DNA from: Acidobacteriota bacterium
GTDB lineage: Bacteria > Acidobacteriota > Vicinamibacteria > Vicinamibacterales > UBA8438
DNA: 64,000 bases
Direction of reading: 5' to 3'
Assembly (NCBI GenBank): GCA_009861545.1
Contig: VXME01000076.1
Span: 75,325 to 139,324 of the forward strand
Part shown: in pieces, positions 1 to 9,326 of the stretch
How the letters are laid out: every line of letters begins with the position of its first letter
Numbering within the stretch: the stretch's first letter is position 1
Translations under genes and position numbers: made by a program
The notes under the pieces: model-generated
Database searches by the model: none
Seen by the model: the letters and a program-made list of their open reading frames with translations, nothing else
Told to the model about the DNA's origin: nothing

Positions 1-292
1 ACCGGCTGGCTACCTCTTCGAAATAACAGGCGGTCTCGTCAACTCATGCCAAACGCTGGCGTCTCGTGAAATGCTACACCGATGCGCCTGCAATCCACGA
101 GCCGGGCGCCGGCGCGTGCCGACGTGCAGGCCGGGATGAGGACGCGATTCCCGGCGCCGCGGCTCCCCGGCGACGCGCGTGCCGCCGCAGCAGCCAGCAT
201 GGTATAACGGGGGCGGGCAGGCGGCCGCCCCGCGCGCGGCCGCGTCCGGCCGCCGGGTCGGACCTCGGAGTGGAGCAGGGGAGGACGGGACG

Positions 293-505
293 ATGGACGG
301 GATGTACTGCTGCAGCTACGCGCGCTTCGCCGTGCGCGCCGGGATCGTCGCCGCCATCGTCGGCGTGGCGCTGTTCGCCGCGGCGAGTCTGGCCGGCGCG
401 CAGACGATCGGGACGGAGACGAGCCAGCCGGGGACCCATGTCATTCGGGGGCTGGCCGACGACGGCTGTCTCTACGCGGCGGCCGACGTTGCCGTCACCC
501 CCTGA
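293..505 (+). CDS. hypothetical small secreted/membrane protein (70 aa)
   Basis: ATG at 293 follows GGGGAGGA. This frame has a strong G/C third-position bias and a hydrophobic segment AGIVAAIVGVALFAAASLAGAQT. The overlapping 66..1313 frame is Arg/Pro-rich nonsense upstream of 528. Confidence 0.45.
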   Translation: MDGMYCCSYARFAVRAGIVAAIVGVALFAAASLAGAQTIGTETSQPGTHVIRGLADDGCLYAAADVAVTP

Positions 506-527
506 TTCCGGGCCGGGCCACAGGACC

Positions 528-1313
528 ATGCAGACAGGATCGACAACCGTGCGGCAGAGGCGTCTTCACGTGTCAATACCGGCGGCGGCCGTCGTGCTGC
601 TGTCGGTGGCCAACCTGTCCGGCGGCGTGTTCGAGGCGCAGGCGGGCCAGGACGGGCGGACGGTGTGGGACGGCGTCTACACGGCCGGGCAGGCGGCGCG
701 CGGCAAGGTCGTCTACGACACCAGTTGCGGTGCGTGCCATCTGCCCGACATGAGCGGTTCGGACGAGGCGCGCCCGCTCGCCGGCGAGCGCTTCATGCAG
801 GACTGGCGCGAGGACACGCTGCACACGCTGTTCGTCCGCATCCGCAACCTGATGCCGTTCGACGAGCCCGCGACCCTCAGCGCCGACGCCTACCTCGACA
901 GCGTCGCCTACATCCTCGAGTTCAACGGGTTCCCGCCCGGCGAGCGCGAGTTGACGTCGGAGGGCCTCGAGGACATCCGGATCGAGGGCCGGGACGGGCC
1001 GGCCGAGGTGCCGAGCTTCGCCCTGGTGGAGGTGGTCGGTTGCCTGACCGAGGATGCCGGCGGCTGGCTGCTGACGAACAGCACCCGGGCCGTTCGCACG
1101 CGGGACCCGTCCGCCTCGACCGAGGACGAGCTGAGCTCCCTCGGCTCCCGTCCGACGGGCACGCGGACCTTCGGCCTGATGAACGTCTACCCGAATCCGG
1201 CCGAGCACGCCGGACACCGGATGGCGGTCAAGGGATTCCTGATCCGCGACCCGAACGGCGATCGGATCAACGTCAGCTCGCTCGGGATGGTCGCCGATGC
1301 CTGCGCGCGGTAG
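528..1313 (+). CDS. periplasmic mono-haem c-type cytochrome with uncharacterised C-terminal Cys-flanked domain
   Basis: Start taken as in-frame ATG 528 of ORF 66..1313. Signal-like IPAAAVVLLSVANL and haem motif CGACH are present. The last ~100 aa resemble the stand-alone protein at 43575..44051. Confidence 0.8.
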   Translation: MQTGSTTVRQRRLHVSIPAAAVVLLSVANLSGGVFEAQAGQDGRTVWDGVYTAGQAARGKVVYDTSCGACHLPDMSGSDEARPLAGERFMQDWREDTLHTLFVRIRNLMPFDEPATLSADAYLDSVAYILEFNGFPPGERELTSEGLEDIRIEGRDGPAEVPSFALVEVVGCLTEDAGGWLLTNSTRAVRTRDPSASTEDELSSLGSRPTGTRTFGLMNVYPNPAEHAGHRMAVKGFLIRDPNGDRINVSSLGMVADACAR

Positions 1314-1323
1314 GTGAGCGCGC

Positions 1324-2871
1324 CTACTGGCCGGCCGGCTTCACCACGGCCACGCTGTTCACGTCCTTCTGGTGCCTCGCGGCGTCGTAGACCCCGCTGT
1401 CCCGCATGATCCGACGCAACAGCTCCGCGGTGTGGTCGGCGCGCTTCACCGTGCCGGTGTAGTGCACCCCGTCCGCGATGCGCAATGGCGTCCAGCCCTC
1501 CTGGCTCTCCGCAAGGAGATCGGCGCCCCGCTCGGCCAGGAACTCCACGATCGGGTTCGCGCCCCGCAGCGCGGCGCCGTGCAGCGCCGTGTAGCCCCGG
1601 TCGTCGGCCCCGTTGACATTGTGATCGCCCAGCTCCCAGGCGAGCTGCACGGCCTCGAACGCCTCCTCGTTGGTCCCGGCGCTCTCGCCCAGGTTGAAGA
1701 TGCCGACCCCGGCCGCCACCATCAGGGGCGACGCGTTGCCCTCGGTCGGCAGCCGCGAGTCGGCGCCGTACTCCGCCAGCAGGCGCATCAGCGGCGGGTC
1801 GGCATGCTTCGCGGCGAGCAGGTACGGCGTGGCGCCGACGCGGTTCAGGTTGTTTCGCTCGCGGTTGTTGAACCGCGCGGTCTGGCGTGCGTTGGGGTCG
1901 GCGCCGTTGTCGAGCAGGAAGCGCGCGAGGGCCAGGGTGTCGACGCGGTCGAGCAGCACCACCGGCGGCATGCCCTTGCCGGAGTTCGGGCGCCGGGTGT
2001 AGGCCAACTGGTGCAACGCGGTCCAGCCCTGCTCCGCCGCGTTGGGATCGGCCCCGCGCTCGACGAGGTACTGCGCCAGCGAGAAGTGCCCGTTCATCAC
2101 CGCGAGCACCAGGGCGCTGGTGCCGATGGTCGGGTCGCGCCGGGCGTCCTCCGGAGCGTCGTCCTCGGTGGCGGGCGGCCGTATGGTGTCGTTGACGTCG
2201 GCCCCCGCTTCGAGGAGCGCCACCACGGCGTCGGCCCTGCCCGCGCGGGCCGCGTACAACAGCGCGGACCAGCCGGCCGTGGAACGTTCGTCGACGGCTG
2301 CGCCGAGCTCGATCAGCGCATGGACGGCGGCCGGATGATTCTCTGCGGCGGCCCAGTGCAGCGCGGTCTGCCCGCGCCAGCTCTCGCGTGCGCGCAGGTC
2401 CGCGCCGCGGGCCAGCAGCAGCCGCAGCACGTCGACGTCGCCGGTCCGCGCTGCGGTCATCAGCACGGTCTCGCCCTCCGGCAGCGTCGTGTTCGGGTCG
2501 GCGCCGGCGTCGAGGAGCGCCTCCACGATGGCCGCGCTGCCGCGGCCGGCAGCCAGTGCGAGCGGGGTGACGCCGTAGCGGTTGGCGGCCTCCACGTCGG
2601 CGCCCGCGCCGAGCAGGAGCCGCGCGGTTTCGACCTGACCCCTGTACGCGGCCCAGTGCAGGGCGGTGGTTCCGTCCGTCTCGGCGCCGTCGACGTCGAC
2701 GTTCCTCTCCAGCAAGGCCCGGACGGCGTCGGCGTCGGCGGCCCGGGCGGCTTCCACCAGGGGCAGATCACGGGCAGGCGCTGCCGTAGCCGTACCGGCG
2801 AGCGACATGCCGAAGACCGCCAGGAGCACAACGCGCAACGACAACCCCGCCACTTTGTCGGCTATCCGCAT
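1324..2871 (-). CDS. secreted ankyrin-repeat protein
   Basis: Start ATG 2871 (MRIADKVAGLSLRVVLLAVFGMSLAGTATA signal). There are many ANK units (TALHWAA..G....LL..GADV). The upstream part of ORF 1324..3174 is non-coding-like. Confidence 0.9.
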   Translation of the reverse strand: MRIADKVAGLSLRVVLLAVFGMSLAGTATAAPARDLPLVEAARAADADAVRALLERNVDVDGAETDGTTALHWAAYRGQVETARLLLGAGADVEAANRYGVTPLALAAGRGSAAIVEALLDAGADPNTTLPEGETVLMTAARTGDVDVLRLLLARGADLRARESWRGQTALHWAAAENHPAAVHALIELGAAVDERSTAGWSALLYAARAGRADAVVALLEAGADVNDTIRPPATEDDAPEDARRDPTIGTSALVLAVMNGHFSLAQYLVERGADPNAAEQGWTALHQLAYTRRPNSGKGMPPVVLLDRVDTLALARFLLDNGADPNARQTARFNNRERNNLNRVGATPYLLAAKHADPPLMRLLAEYGADSRLPTEGNASPLMVAAGVGIFNLGESAGTNEEAFEAVQLAWELGDHNVNGADDRGYTALHGAALRGANPIVEFLAERGADLLAESQEGWTPLRIADGVHYTGTVKRADHTAELLRRIMRDSGVYDAARHQKDVNSVAVVKPAGQ

Positions 2872-2932
2872 TTCGGTTCTCCCCGATCCTGCTTGCTTCG
2901 CGATCTCTCGCGAAATGAACGGCTGCGCTTCG

Positions 2933-3214
2933 TCACTCGCCCGGCGGAGATGCCGTGCCGGCGATCGCGATCTCGACGGCTCGGACGCGATCGTCCAGAC
3001 GCCGGACGTCGGCGCGTACCTCTGCGAGGTCGGTACGCAAGTCGGCGAAGTCCGCCCGCACGTCAGCGAAGTCGGCGCGTACATCCGTTCGCAACGTGTC
3101 GACGGCGCTGGCCAGACGGTCGATCTCACGACTCGTGGAACAGGTGCCGATGGAAATGGAGCCGGCAAGGGCACCGGCGGCTACGAGTATCGTGAGCCTG
3201 TCCGCGCGCTCCAT
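2933..3214 (-). CDS. small membrane-anchored coiled-coil protein (93 aa)
   Basis: N-terminal hydrophobic stretch LTILVAAGALAGSISIG, then five consecutive heptads DVRADFA/DVRADFA/DLRTDLA/EVRADVR/RLDDRVR. It lies 61 bp upstream of the ankyrin gene on the same strand. No clear RBS. Confidence 0.5.
   Translation of the reverse strand: MERADRLTILVAAGALAGSISIGTCSTSREIDRLASAVDTLRTDVRADFADVRADFADLRTDLAEVRADVRRLDDRVRAVEIAIAGTASPPGE
2981..3085 (-). repeat. 5 x 21-bp in-frame tandem repeat (heptad-encoding) inside the small coiled-coil CDS
   Basis: Read directly: codons for DVRADFA are repeated, then diverge over five units. Confidence 0.7.
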
Positions 3215-3357
3215 TGGCCCATGTTATCGCAGATCCGGTCGCCTCTCCACGGGCGATTGTCGTTGACAACCGGTGTGAACGACGTAGGATCTACCGGGTT
3301 GGGGTATCGACTGTCCGGGTGCTTGGCCGGGATCGTGTGCGGCCGCAGGGAAAACCG

Positions 3358-5772
3358 ATGACGCGACGCTTACTCGTCCTCTTCGGCGTCTGGATGGTAG
3401 CCGGGATGGTGTGGCTCGCGCCTGCGGCGACGGCCGGCCCGGGGCAGGATCCTGCTGCTGCGGAGCCCTCGCCGGTAGCCGCCCACGAGGCGCTGCTTCA
3501 GCGCTACTGCCTGACGTGCCACAACGAGCGGCTCGCCGCCCGCGGCACGGTTCCGATCGCGTTGCGCACCGGCGACCTGGCCGACGTGCCGGGCACGGCG
3601 GACGTCTGGGAGAAGGTGATCCGCAAGCTCCGCACGGGTTCGATGCCGCCGGCCGGCAGACCGCGTCCCGAGGCGGAGGCCAGCGACGCGCTCGCGGCCT
3701 GGCTGGAGACCGAGATCGACCGCGTCGCCGCCACCCATCCCAATCCGGGACGGACGGAGCCGCTGCACCGCCTCAACCGCACGGAGTACCAGAACGCGAT
3801 CCGCGATCTGCTGGCGTTCGACGTCGACGCCGCGGCGCTGGTTCCGGCCGACGATCAGAGCTACGGGTTCGACAACATCGCGGGGGTGCTGAAGGTTTCG
3901 CCGACGCTGCTCGAGCGGTACATGAACGCGGCGCGCACGATCAGCCGCCTGGCCGTCGGGGCGTCGCCGCTGGCGCCGGCCGGCGAGACGTTCCGCATCG
4001 TATCGGACCTGTCCCAGTATCAGCATCGGGACGGCCTGCCGTTCGGGACGCGCGGAGGCATGTCCGTCGAGTACAACTTCCCGCGCGACGCCGAGTACGA
4101 GATCGAGCTGGAGCTGCTCGACCTGTTCGCCGGCGCCCCGATCCGCGAGCCGCACCAGCTCGAGCTCAGCGTCGACGGCGAGCGGGTCGCCGTCTTCCAC
4201 CTGACGCCGCCCGACCCCGACCGCGATCAGGGCGCGGCCTACAACCGCGGTCCCGACTCGCTGCGGGCCCGCGTGCAGGTCGGGGCCGGCCCGCGGGTGG
4301 TGACGGCGGCGTTCATCAAGAAGACCAGCGCGCTTGCCGAGAGCGTCCGGCAGCCCTTCGACCGGCCGCACGGCGAAGGCGACTATCTGCTGTACCAGCC
4401 GCATCTGGGCACGCTGACCATCTCCGGCCCGTTCAATACGCTCGGGGCCGGCGACACGCCGTCACGGAGCCGCATCTTCGTCTGCCGGCCGGAGGGCGAG
4501 GCCGGCGAGACGCCGTGCGCGCGGGAGATCATCTCGACGTTGGCGCGGCGGGCCTACCGGCGGCCGGTGACCGCCGCGGATGTCGACGCCCTGCTCGTCT
4601 TCTACGACGAGGGCCGGGCCACGGGCGGCTTCGAGGCCGGCGTCGAGCGGGCGGTCCGCGCCCTCCTCGTGAGCCCCGACTTTCTGTTTCGCGTGGTGTC
4701 GGATCCGCCCGGGACCGCGTCCGGGGCTCCCTACCGCCTGAGCGACCTGGAGCTGGCGTCGCGCATCTCGTTCTTCCTCTGGAGCAGCATTCCGGACGAC
4801 GAGCTGCTGGACGCCGCCGCCGCGGGGCGGCTGCGGGATCCCGGCGTCCTGGAACGGCAGGTGCGGCGGATGCTGGCCGACCCGCGGTCCGAGGCGCTGG
4901 CGAAGAACTTCGCCGGCCAGTGGCTGCGACTGCGCAACATCTCGGGCGCCCTCCCGTCGGACGTGCTCTTCCCCGACTTCGGCGAGAGCCTGCGGCAGGA
5001 CTTCGTCCGGGAGACCGAGCTGTTCTTCGACAGCGTCATGCGCGAGGACCGGAGCGTCACCGAGTTGCTGACCGCCGATTACACGTTCCTCAACGAACGC
5101 CTCGCCCGGCACTACGGCGTAACCGGCGTCTACGGCAGCGATTTCCGGCGCGTGGCGCTGACCGACCGCAACCGGCGCGGCCTGCTCGGCCAGGGCAGCA
5201 TCCTGACCGTCACCTCGTACTCCGACCGTACGTCGCCGGTCGGACGCGGCAAGTGGGTGCTGGAGAACGTCCTCGGGACGCCGCCGCCGCCGCCGCCGCC
5301 CAACGTCCCGGAGCTGGAGCCGGCCGAGGACTCGGGCAGGGTGCTGGCGATGCGCGAGCGGATGGAGCAGCACCGGGCGAACCCGGTCTGCGCGAGTTGC
5401 CATCGGTTGATGGACCCGCTGGGGTTGGCCCTGGAGAACTTCGACGCGGTGGGCCGCTGGCGCGGGCACATGCCGGGCGGCATCGCCATCGACGCGTCCG
5501 GTGCGATGCCCGACGGGACGCCGTTCGACGGCCCCGCGGATCTGCGCGGGCTGCTCGTCCGGAACCCGGAACAGTTCGTCACGGTCGTGGCCGAGAAGCT
5601 GCTGACCTACGCGCTCGGCCGCGGCGTGGAGTACTACGACGCGCCGGCCGTCCGCCGGATCACCCGCGCCGCGGCGGAGCACGACTACGGCCTGGCGTCG
5701 CTCATCGTCGGCGTCGTGAAGAGCACGCCGTTCCAGATGCGGCTGGCCAGGACGGACGCGGCCGCCAACTGA
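3358..5772 (+). CDS. DUF1592/DUF1588/DUF1585-type haem-binding periplasmic protein
   Basis: Start ATG 3358 (MTRRLLVLFGVWMVAGMVWLAPAATA). Has CLTCH haem motif, a poly-Pro GTPPPPPPPN and a second CASCH. The architecture is typical of the DUF1592 family that pairs with DUF1552. Confidence 0.9.
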   Translation: MTRRLLVLFGVWMVAGMVWLAPAATAGPGQDPAAAEPSPVAAHEALLQRYCLTCHNERLAARGTVPIALRTGDLADVPGTADVWEKVIRKLRTGSMPPAGRPRPEAEASDALAAWLETEIDRVAATHPNPGRTEPLHRLNRTEYQNAIRDLLAFDVDAAALVPADDQSYGFDNIAGVLKVSPTLLERYMNAARTISRLAVGASPLAPAGETFRIVSDLSQYQHRDGLPFGTRGGMSVEYNFPRDAEYEIELELLDLFAGAPIREPHQLELSVDGERVAVFHLTPPDPDRDQGAAYNRGPDSLRARVQVGAGPRVVTAAFIKKTSALAESVRQPFDRPHGEGDYLLYQPHLGTLTISGPFNTLGAGDTPSRSRIFVCRPEGEAGETPCAREIISTLARRAYRRPVTAADVDALLVFYDEGRATGGFEAGVERAVRALLVSPDFLFRVVSDPPGTASGAPYRLSDLELASRISFFLWSSIPDDELLDAAAAGRLRDPGVLERQVRRMLADPRSEALAKNFAGQWLRLRNISGALPSDVLFPDFGESLRQDFVRETELFFDSVMREDRSVTELLTADYTFLNERLARHYGVTGVYGSDFRRVALTDRNRRGLLGQGSILTVTSYSDRTSPVGRGKWVLENVLGTPPPPPPPNVPELEPAEDSGRVLAMRERMEQHRANPVCASCHRLMDPLGLALENFDAVGRWRGHMPGGIAIDASGAMPDGTPFDGPADLRGLLVRNPEQFVTVVAEKLLTYALGRGVEYYDAPAVRRITRAAAEHDYGLASLIVGVVKSTPFQMRLARTDAAAN

Positions 5773-5822
5773 ACGCGGAAGAAGAATCAGAGAAAACGGC
5801 TCGCTGATCAGGAGTAGCTGTC

Positions 5823-7175
5823 ATGTTCATCACCAAGACCGCGTTGCCTCGTCGGACGTTCCTCCGCGGGATGGGGGTCACCCTCGGTCTGCCGCTGCTC
5901 GACGCGATGGTGCCGGCCGCCTCGGCGCTGGCGAATACGGCGGCCAAACCGGTCCGGCGTCTCGGCTTCGTCTACATCCCGAACGGGGCGGTGATGACCC
6001 ACTGGCAGCCGGAGGGTGACGGCGCGCTCGACGAGCTGTCGCCCACGCTGAGCCCGCTCGCGCCGTTCCAGGACCAGGTCATCGTCCCGATCGGCCTGAG
6101 CCAGAAGCAGGCCGAGGCGCTCGGCGACGGCAACGGCGAGCACTCCCGGGCCGGGACCGTGTGGCTGAGCGGCGTCCACCCGAAGGAGACCGAGGGCGCC
6201 GACGTCCGCAACGGCATCACGGCGGACCAGATCGCCGCGCAGCACATCGGCGGCGACACGCCGCTGCGGTCGCTCGAGCTGGCGATGGAGCAGACCTACC
6301 TCATCGGCAACTGCGACAACGGCTACAGTTGCGTCTACACGAACAGCATCTCCTGGCGGACGGCGACGACGCCGAACCCGCACGAGACGAATCCGCGCAT
6401 CGTCTTCCAGCGGATGTTCGGCGACGGCGGCACGCGCGAGGAGCGTCTGGCGCAGGTGCAGGAGGATCGCAGCATCCTCGACTGGGTGACCGCCGACATC
6501 GCGCATCTGCAGAAGAAGCTCGGCCCGTCGGACCGCAGCAGCGTGAACGAGTACCTAGACTCGGTGCGCGAGGTCGAGCGGCGGTTGCAGGTGGCGGAAC
6601 GGCAGGGGCGCGAGTCCGTGCTGGAGCTTCCCGACCGCCCGGTCGGGGCCCCGGAGTCGTACGACGAGCACGCCCGGCTGATGTTCGACCTGGTGGCCTT
6701 GGCGTTCCGGGCCGACATCACGCGCGTCTTCGTGTTGACGCTCGGCAAGGAGCAGACCAACCGCGCCTATCCGGAGCTGGGCGTCAACGGCGCCCACCAC
6801 GCGGTGTCGCATCACCAGCACGACCCGCTGAAGTTCGAGCAGGGCCACAAGATCAACCAGTACCACATCGGTCTGACCGCCCATTTCCTGAAGGCGCTGA
6901 AAGCGACGCCCGACGGAGAAGGCAACCTGCTGGACCACTCGCTCGTGCTCCACGGCGGCGGAATCAGCGACGCGAACGAGCACTCGCACATCGACCTGCC
7001 GCTGGTCCTGGTCGGCGGGGCGGGCGGGGTCAAGGGCGGCAAGATCCTGCGGCACTCGAAGGACACGCCGATGAACAACCTGCTGCTGGCGATGCTGGAG
7101 CGGGCCGGCGTGCAAACGGACAAGTTCGGCGACGCCACGGGCAGGCTGCCGCTGGAGCCGCTCTCCGGCGTGTAG
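5823..7175 (+). CDS. DUF1552 domain protein (Tat-signal)
   Basis: MFITKTALPRRTFLRGMGVTLGLPLLDA twin-arginine leader. Canonical partner immediately downstream of the DUF1592 gene. Confidence 0.9.
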   Translation: MFITKTALPRRTFLRGMGVTLGLPLLDAMVPAASALANTAAKPVRRLGFVYIPNGAVMTHWQPEGDGALDELSPTLSPLAPFQDQVIVPIGLSQKQAEALGDGNGEHSRAGTVWLSGVHPKETEGADVRNGITADQIAAQHIGGDTPLRSLELAMEQTYLIGNCDNGYSCVYTNSISWRTATTPNPHETNPRIVFQRMFGDGGTREERLAQVQEDRSILDWVTADIAHLQKKLGPSDRSSVNEYLDSVREVERRLQVAERQGRESVLELPDRPVGAPESYDEHARLMFDLVALAFRADITRVFVLTLGKEQTNRAYPELGVNGAHHAVSHHQHDPLKFEQGHKINQYHIGLTAHFLKALKATPDGEGNLLDHSLVLHGGGISDANEHSHIDLPLVLVGGAGGVKGGKILRHSKDTPMNNLLLAMLERAGVQTDKFGDATGRLPLEPLSGV

Positions 7176-7318
7176 CGGGCCGTCGCGAATCGCTCACGGC
7201 GAGCCGGTCGGCGCCGCAGCGTGACGGCGCCGGCCGGCTCTTCGCCTGTACGAAGCTGCGGCCGTCGGCGGCGAGCCCCCGCCCGCCGGAGCGACGGCGG
7301 GCAGTGGTTCTCCGGTGC

Positions 7319-9064
7319 TCACACGAGCGGCTTGGTGTCCACGGTCACGGTCAGCACGTCGAGATCGTAGAACTGCTCGTGCCGCACTTCCTTCGCCACG
7401 TGGCGCAGGATGCGCGGCCCCACGTCCCTGAGCACCGAGTACTCCTCGTGCTCTTCGTCCAGCGCGTCGAGTCGGGCTTCCAGGTTGGCGCTGTCGGGGC
7501 CGCTCGCGAGCTCGATCTGCAGAAGGTCGTCCACCGGCCTCACTGCGACGCGGATCGGATGCGACTTCGACTCGGCCTGTCGGTCGAGCAGATACTGGAA
7601 CGCTTCCTCGCCCGCCAGCTCGAGACGGCTGGTGGCGACGTCGTCCCAACCGGCGCGTTCCGCGGCGGCGTCCAGCACGGCGCGCAGCTTCGACTGCGAC
7701 CGTACGCTCGGCTCCAGCACGATGTGTGGGCCGCGCTGTCCGAGGGACACGAGCAGGGTGAGGGCCATGGCGACGATGCCGCCGGCCGCCATGCCGTTGT
7801 CGAGCACGCCCCTGGACCATTCGGGCAGGTGGTCCGGGAAGATGACGCCGTACTGGAAGCCCAGGCCCATCCAGAACGAGATGCAGACGATGAGGCCCTT
7901 CTCGTAGTCGAACCCGCCCGTGGTGACCATGCGCACGCCCTGCCGGAACAGCAGGACGATGAAAATGAAGATGTACGCGCCGGCGACCGGGTCGGGTACT
8001 ACCTGCAGCACCGCCGCGATCTTGGGTACGAACGCCGCCAGAACGATCATGATCCCGGCGTAGAGAGCGACGCGCCGCGCGGCCACGCCGGTCAGGTCGG
8101 CGATGGAGATGCTGCTGGAGTACGTCGTGTTCGGCACGGTACCGGCGAGGCCGGAGAGCAGGTTGCCGACGCCGTCCGCGTTCAACGCCCGTTGAACCAC
8201 CTTGAAGTCCACCGGCACCGGGGTGCGGTGGGACACGCGCTGTATCGCGATGGCGTCGCCGTAGGTCTCGATGGCGCCGATGATCGTGACGATGATGAAG
8301 GGGACGAGCAAGCCGAAGAACCGCGCATCGAGCGACAGGTCCAGTCCGGGCCAGCCGGTCCGCGGCAGGCCGAACCAGCCGGCGTTCAGCAGCGGCGCCC
8401 AGTCGAGGATTCCGGCCAGGCCGGCGACTGAGGTTCCCACCAGAATGCCGATGAACGGGGCCCACAGGCGGGTCGCGCCGCGGGCGTAGAGCGACACCAG
8501 GGTGATGGCCGCGAAGGTCGCGAAGGCTACCAGCGGTCCGCTCATGGACAGGCGGTCGATGCCGGGGGGAACGCCGGCCAGCAGATCGGTCGTAATGGGA
8601 AAGACGTTGACGGCGAGCAGCATGATCACCGTACCGCCGACCGTCGGCGTGATGAGCCGGCGGAAGAACGACAACCGTGCGGAAAAGAAGAACTGCACCA
8701 GCGCCGAGGCGGCCACGAGCGTCCCCAGCAGCGGCAGGCCGCCGGTGGCCACCGCCGCCGCCGAAACGCCGATGAAGGCCCCTGACGTGCCCATGTAGAG
8801 GGGATAGCCGGCGCCTATCGGTCCTGCCGGTCGGGCCTGCAGGATGGTCGAGAGGCCGCTGACGGCCAGGGCCGCGAACACCGCCCACTCCAGTCCCTCC
8901 GGGTAGCCCGCCGCGTTCAGCACGATGATCGGGACGAGAATGATCCCGGTCAGGACGAGGGTGACGACCTGCAGACTGAGGCCGATCGTCAGTCCCTCCG
9001 ACGGTGTTTCGTCCACCGCGTACCGCAGGCGGGAATTCGAGGTCGATGCATCACTTGCGCTCAT
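7319..9064 (-). CDS. NCS2 (xanthine/uracil/vitamin C) family permease fused to a C-terminal cytoplasmic anti-sigma/HATPase-like domain
   Basis: Start ATG 9064 (MSASDAST). It has about 12 hydrophobic helices with an NCS2-like pattern. The C-terminal ~150 aa is soluble (RLELAGEEAFQYLLDR...IRVAVRPVDDLLQIELASG). Confidence 0.8.
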   Translation of the reverse strand: MSASDASTSNSRLRYAVDETPSEGLTIGLSLQVVTLVLTGIILVPIIVLNAAGYPEGLEWAVFAALAVSGLSTILQARPAGPIGAGYPLYMGTSGAFIGVSAAAVATGGLPLLGTLVAASALVQFFFSARLSFFRRLITPTVGGTVIMLLAVNVFPITTDLLAGVPPGIDRLSMSGPLVAFATFAAITLVSLYARGATRLWAPFIGILVGTSVAGLAGILDWAPLLNAGWFGLPRTGWPGLDLSLDARFFGLLVPFIIVTIIGAIETYGDAIAIQRVSHRTPVPVDFKVVQRALNADGVGNLLSGLAGTVPNTTYSSSISIADLTGVAARRVALYAGIMIVLAAFVPKIAAVLQVVPDPVAGAYIFIFIVLLFRQGVRMVTTGGFDYEKGLIVCISFWMGLGFQYGVIFPDHLPEWSRGVLDNGMAAGGIVAMALTLLVSLGQRGPHIVLEPSVRSQSKLRAVLDAAAERAGWDDVATSRLELAGEEAFQYLLDRQAESKSHPIRVAVRPVDDLLQIELASGPDSANLEARLDALDEEHEEYSVLRDVGPRILRHVAKEVRHEQFYDLDVLTVTVDTKPLV

Positions 9065-9326
9065 CGAGTGGCAGCTCCGTTCACGTGTGCGCCGCAGTGC
9101 GCTTGCGGACGGTTCGAGAGTCGTGGGAACTATAGCGCAACGGGTTGGCACGTATGGCGCAACCTGGACTCCCGTCAAGCGCACCACGGCGCACGGTCAA
9201 TCAACGAGCGGGTGCCGAGATCGACACATCCCTGCCGTATCGTCGACTCTGGTACGCCTCGTGCGTTCATGCACCCGACAGCGGCGTTGCGGCTGCATGG
9301 CCGAGTTGCCATGTAGAGTACCAGTG

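Noticed and set aside
1372-3195. Very long ORFs antisense to, or out of frame with, recognised genes. Examples: 1372..3195+, 6161..8431+, 7194..8888-, 15555..18689+, 23277..24866+, 26451..28193+, 37483..39426-, 41931..44132-, 49288..51306-, 55440..57812-, 59571..61484-.
   Set aside because: These are typical high-GC shadow ORFs. Their translations are Arg/Pro/Gly/Ala-rich with no motifs, and the overlapping frame in each case encodes a protein with clear family signatures.
9065-9326. Island edges (9065-9326 and 30813-30832) inspected for tRNA genes, integrase/transposase genes or direct repeats that would define a mobile element
   Set aside because: None was recognisable by eye. The island is called only from gene content, pseudogene scars and local GC shifts, so no mobile_element feature is reported.
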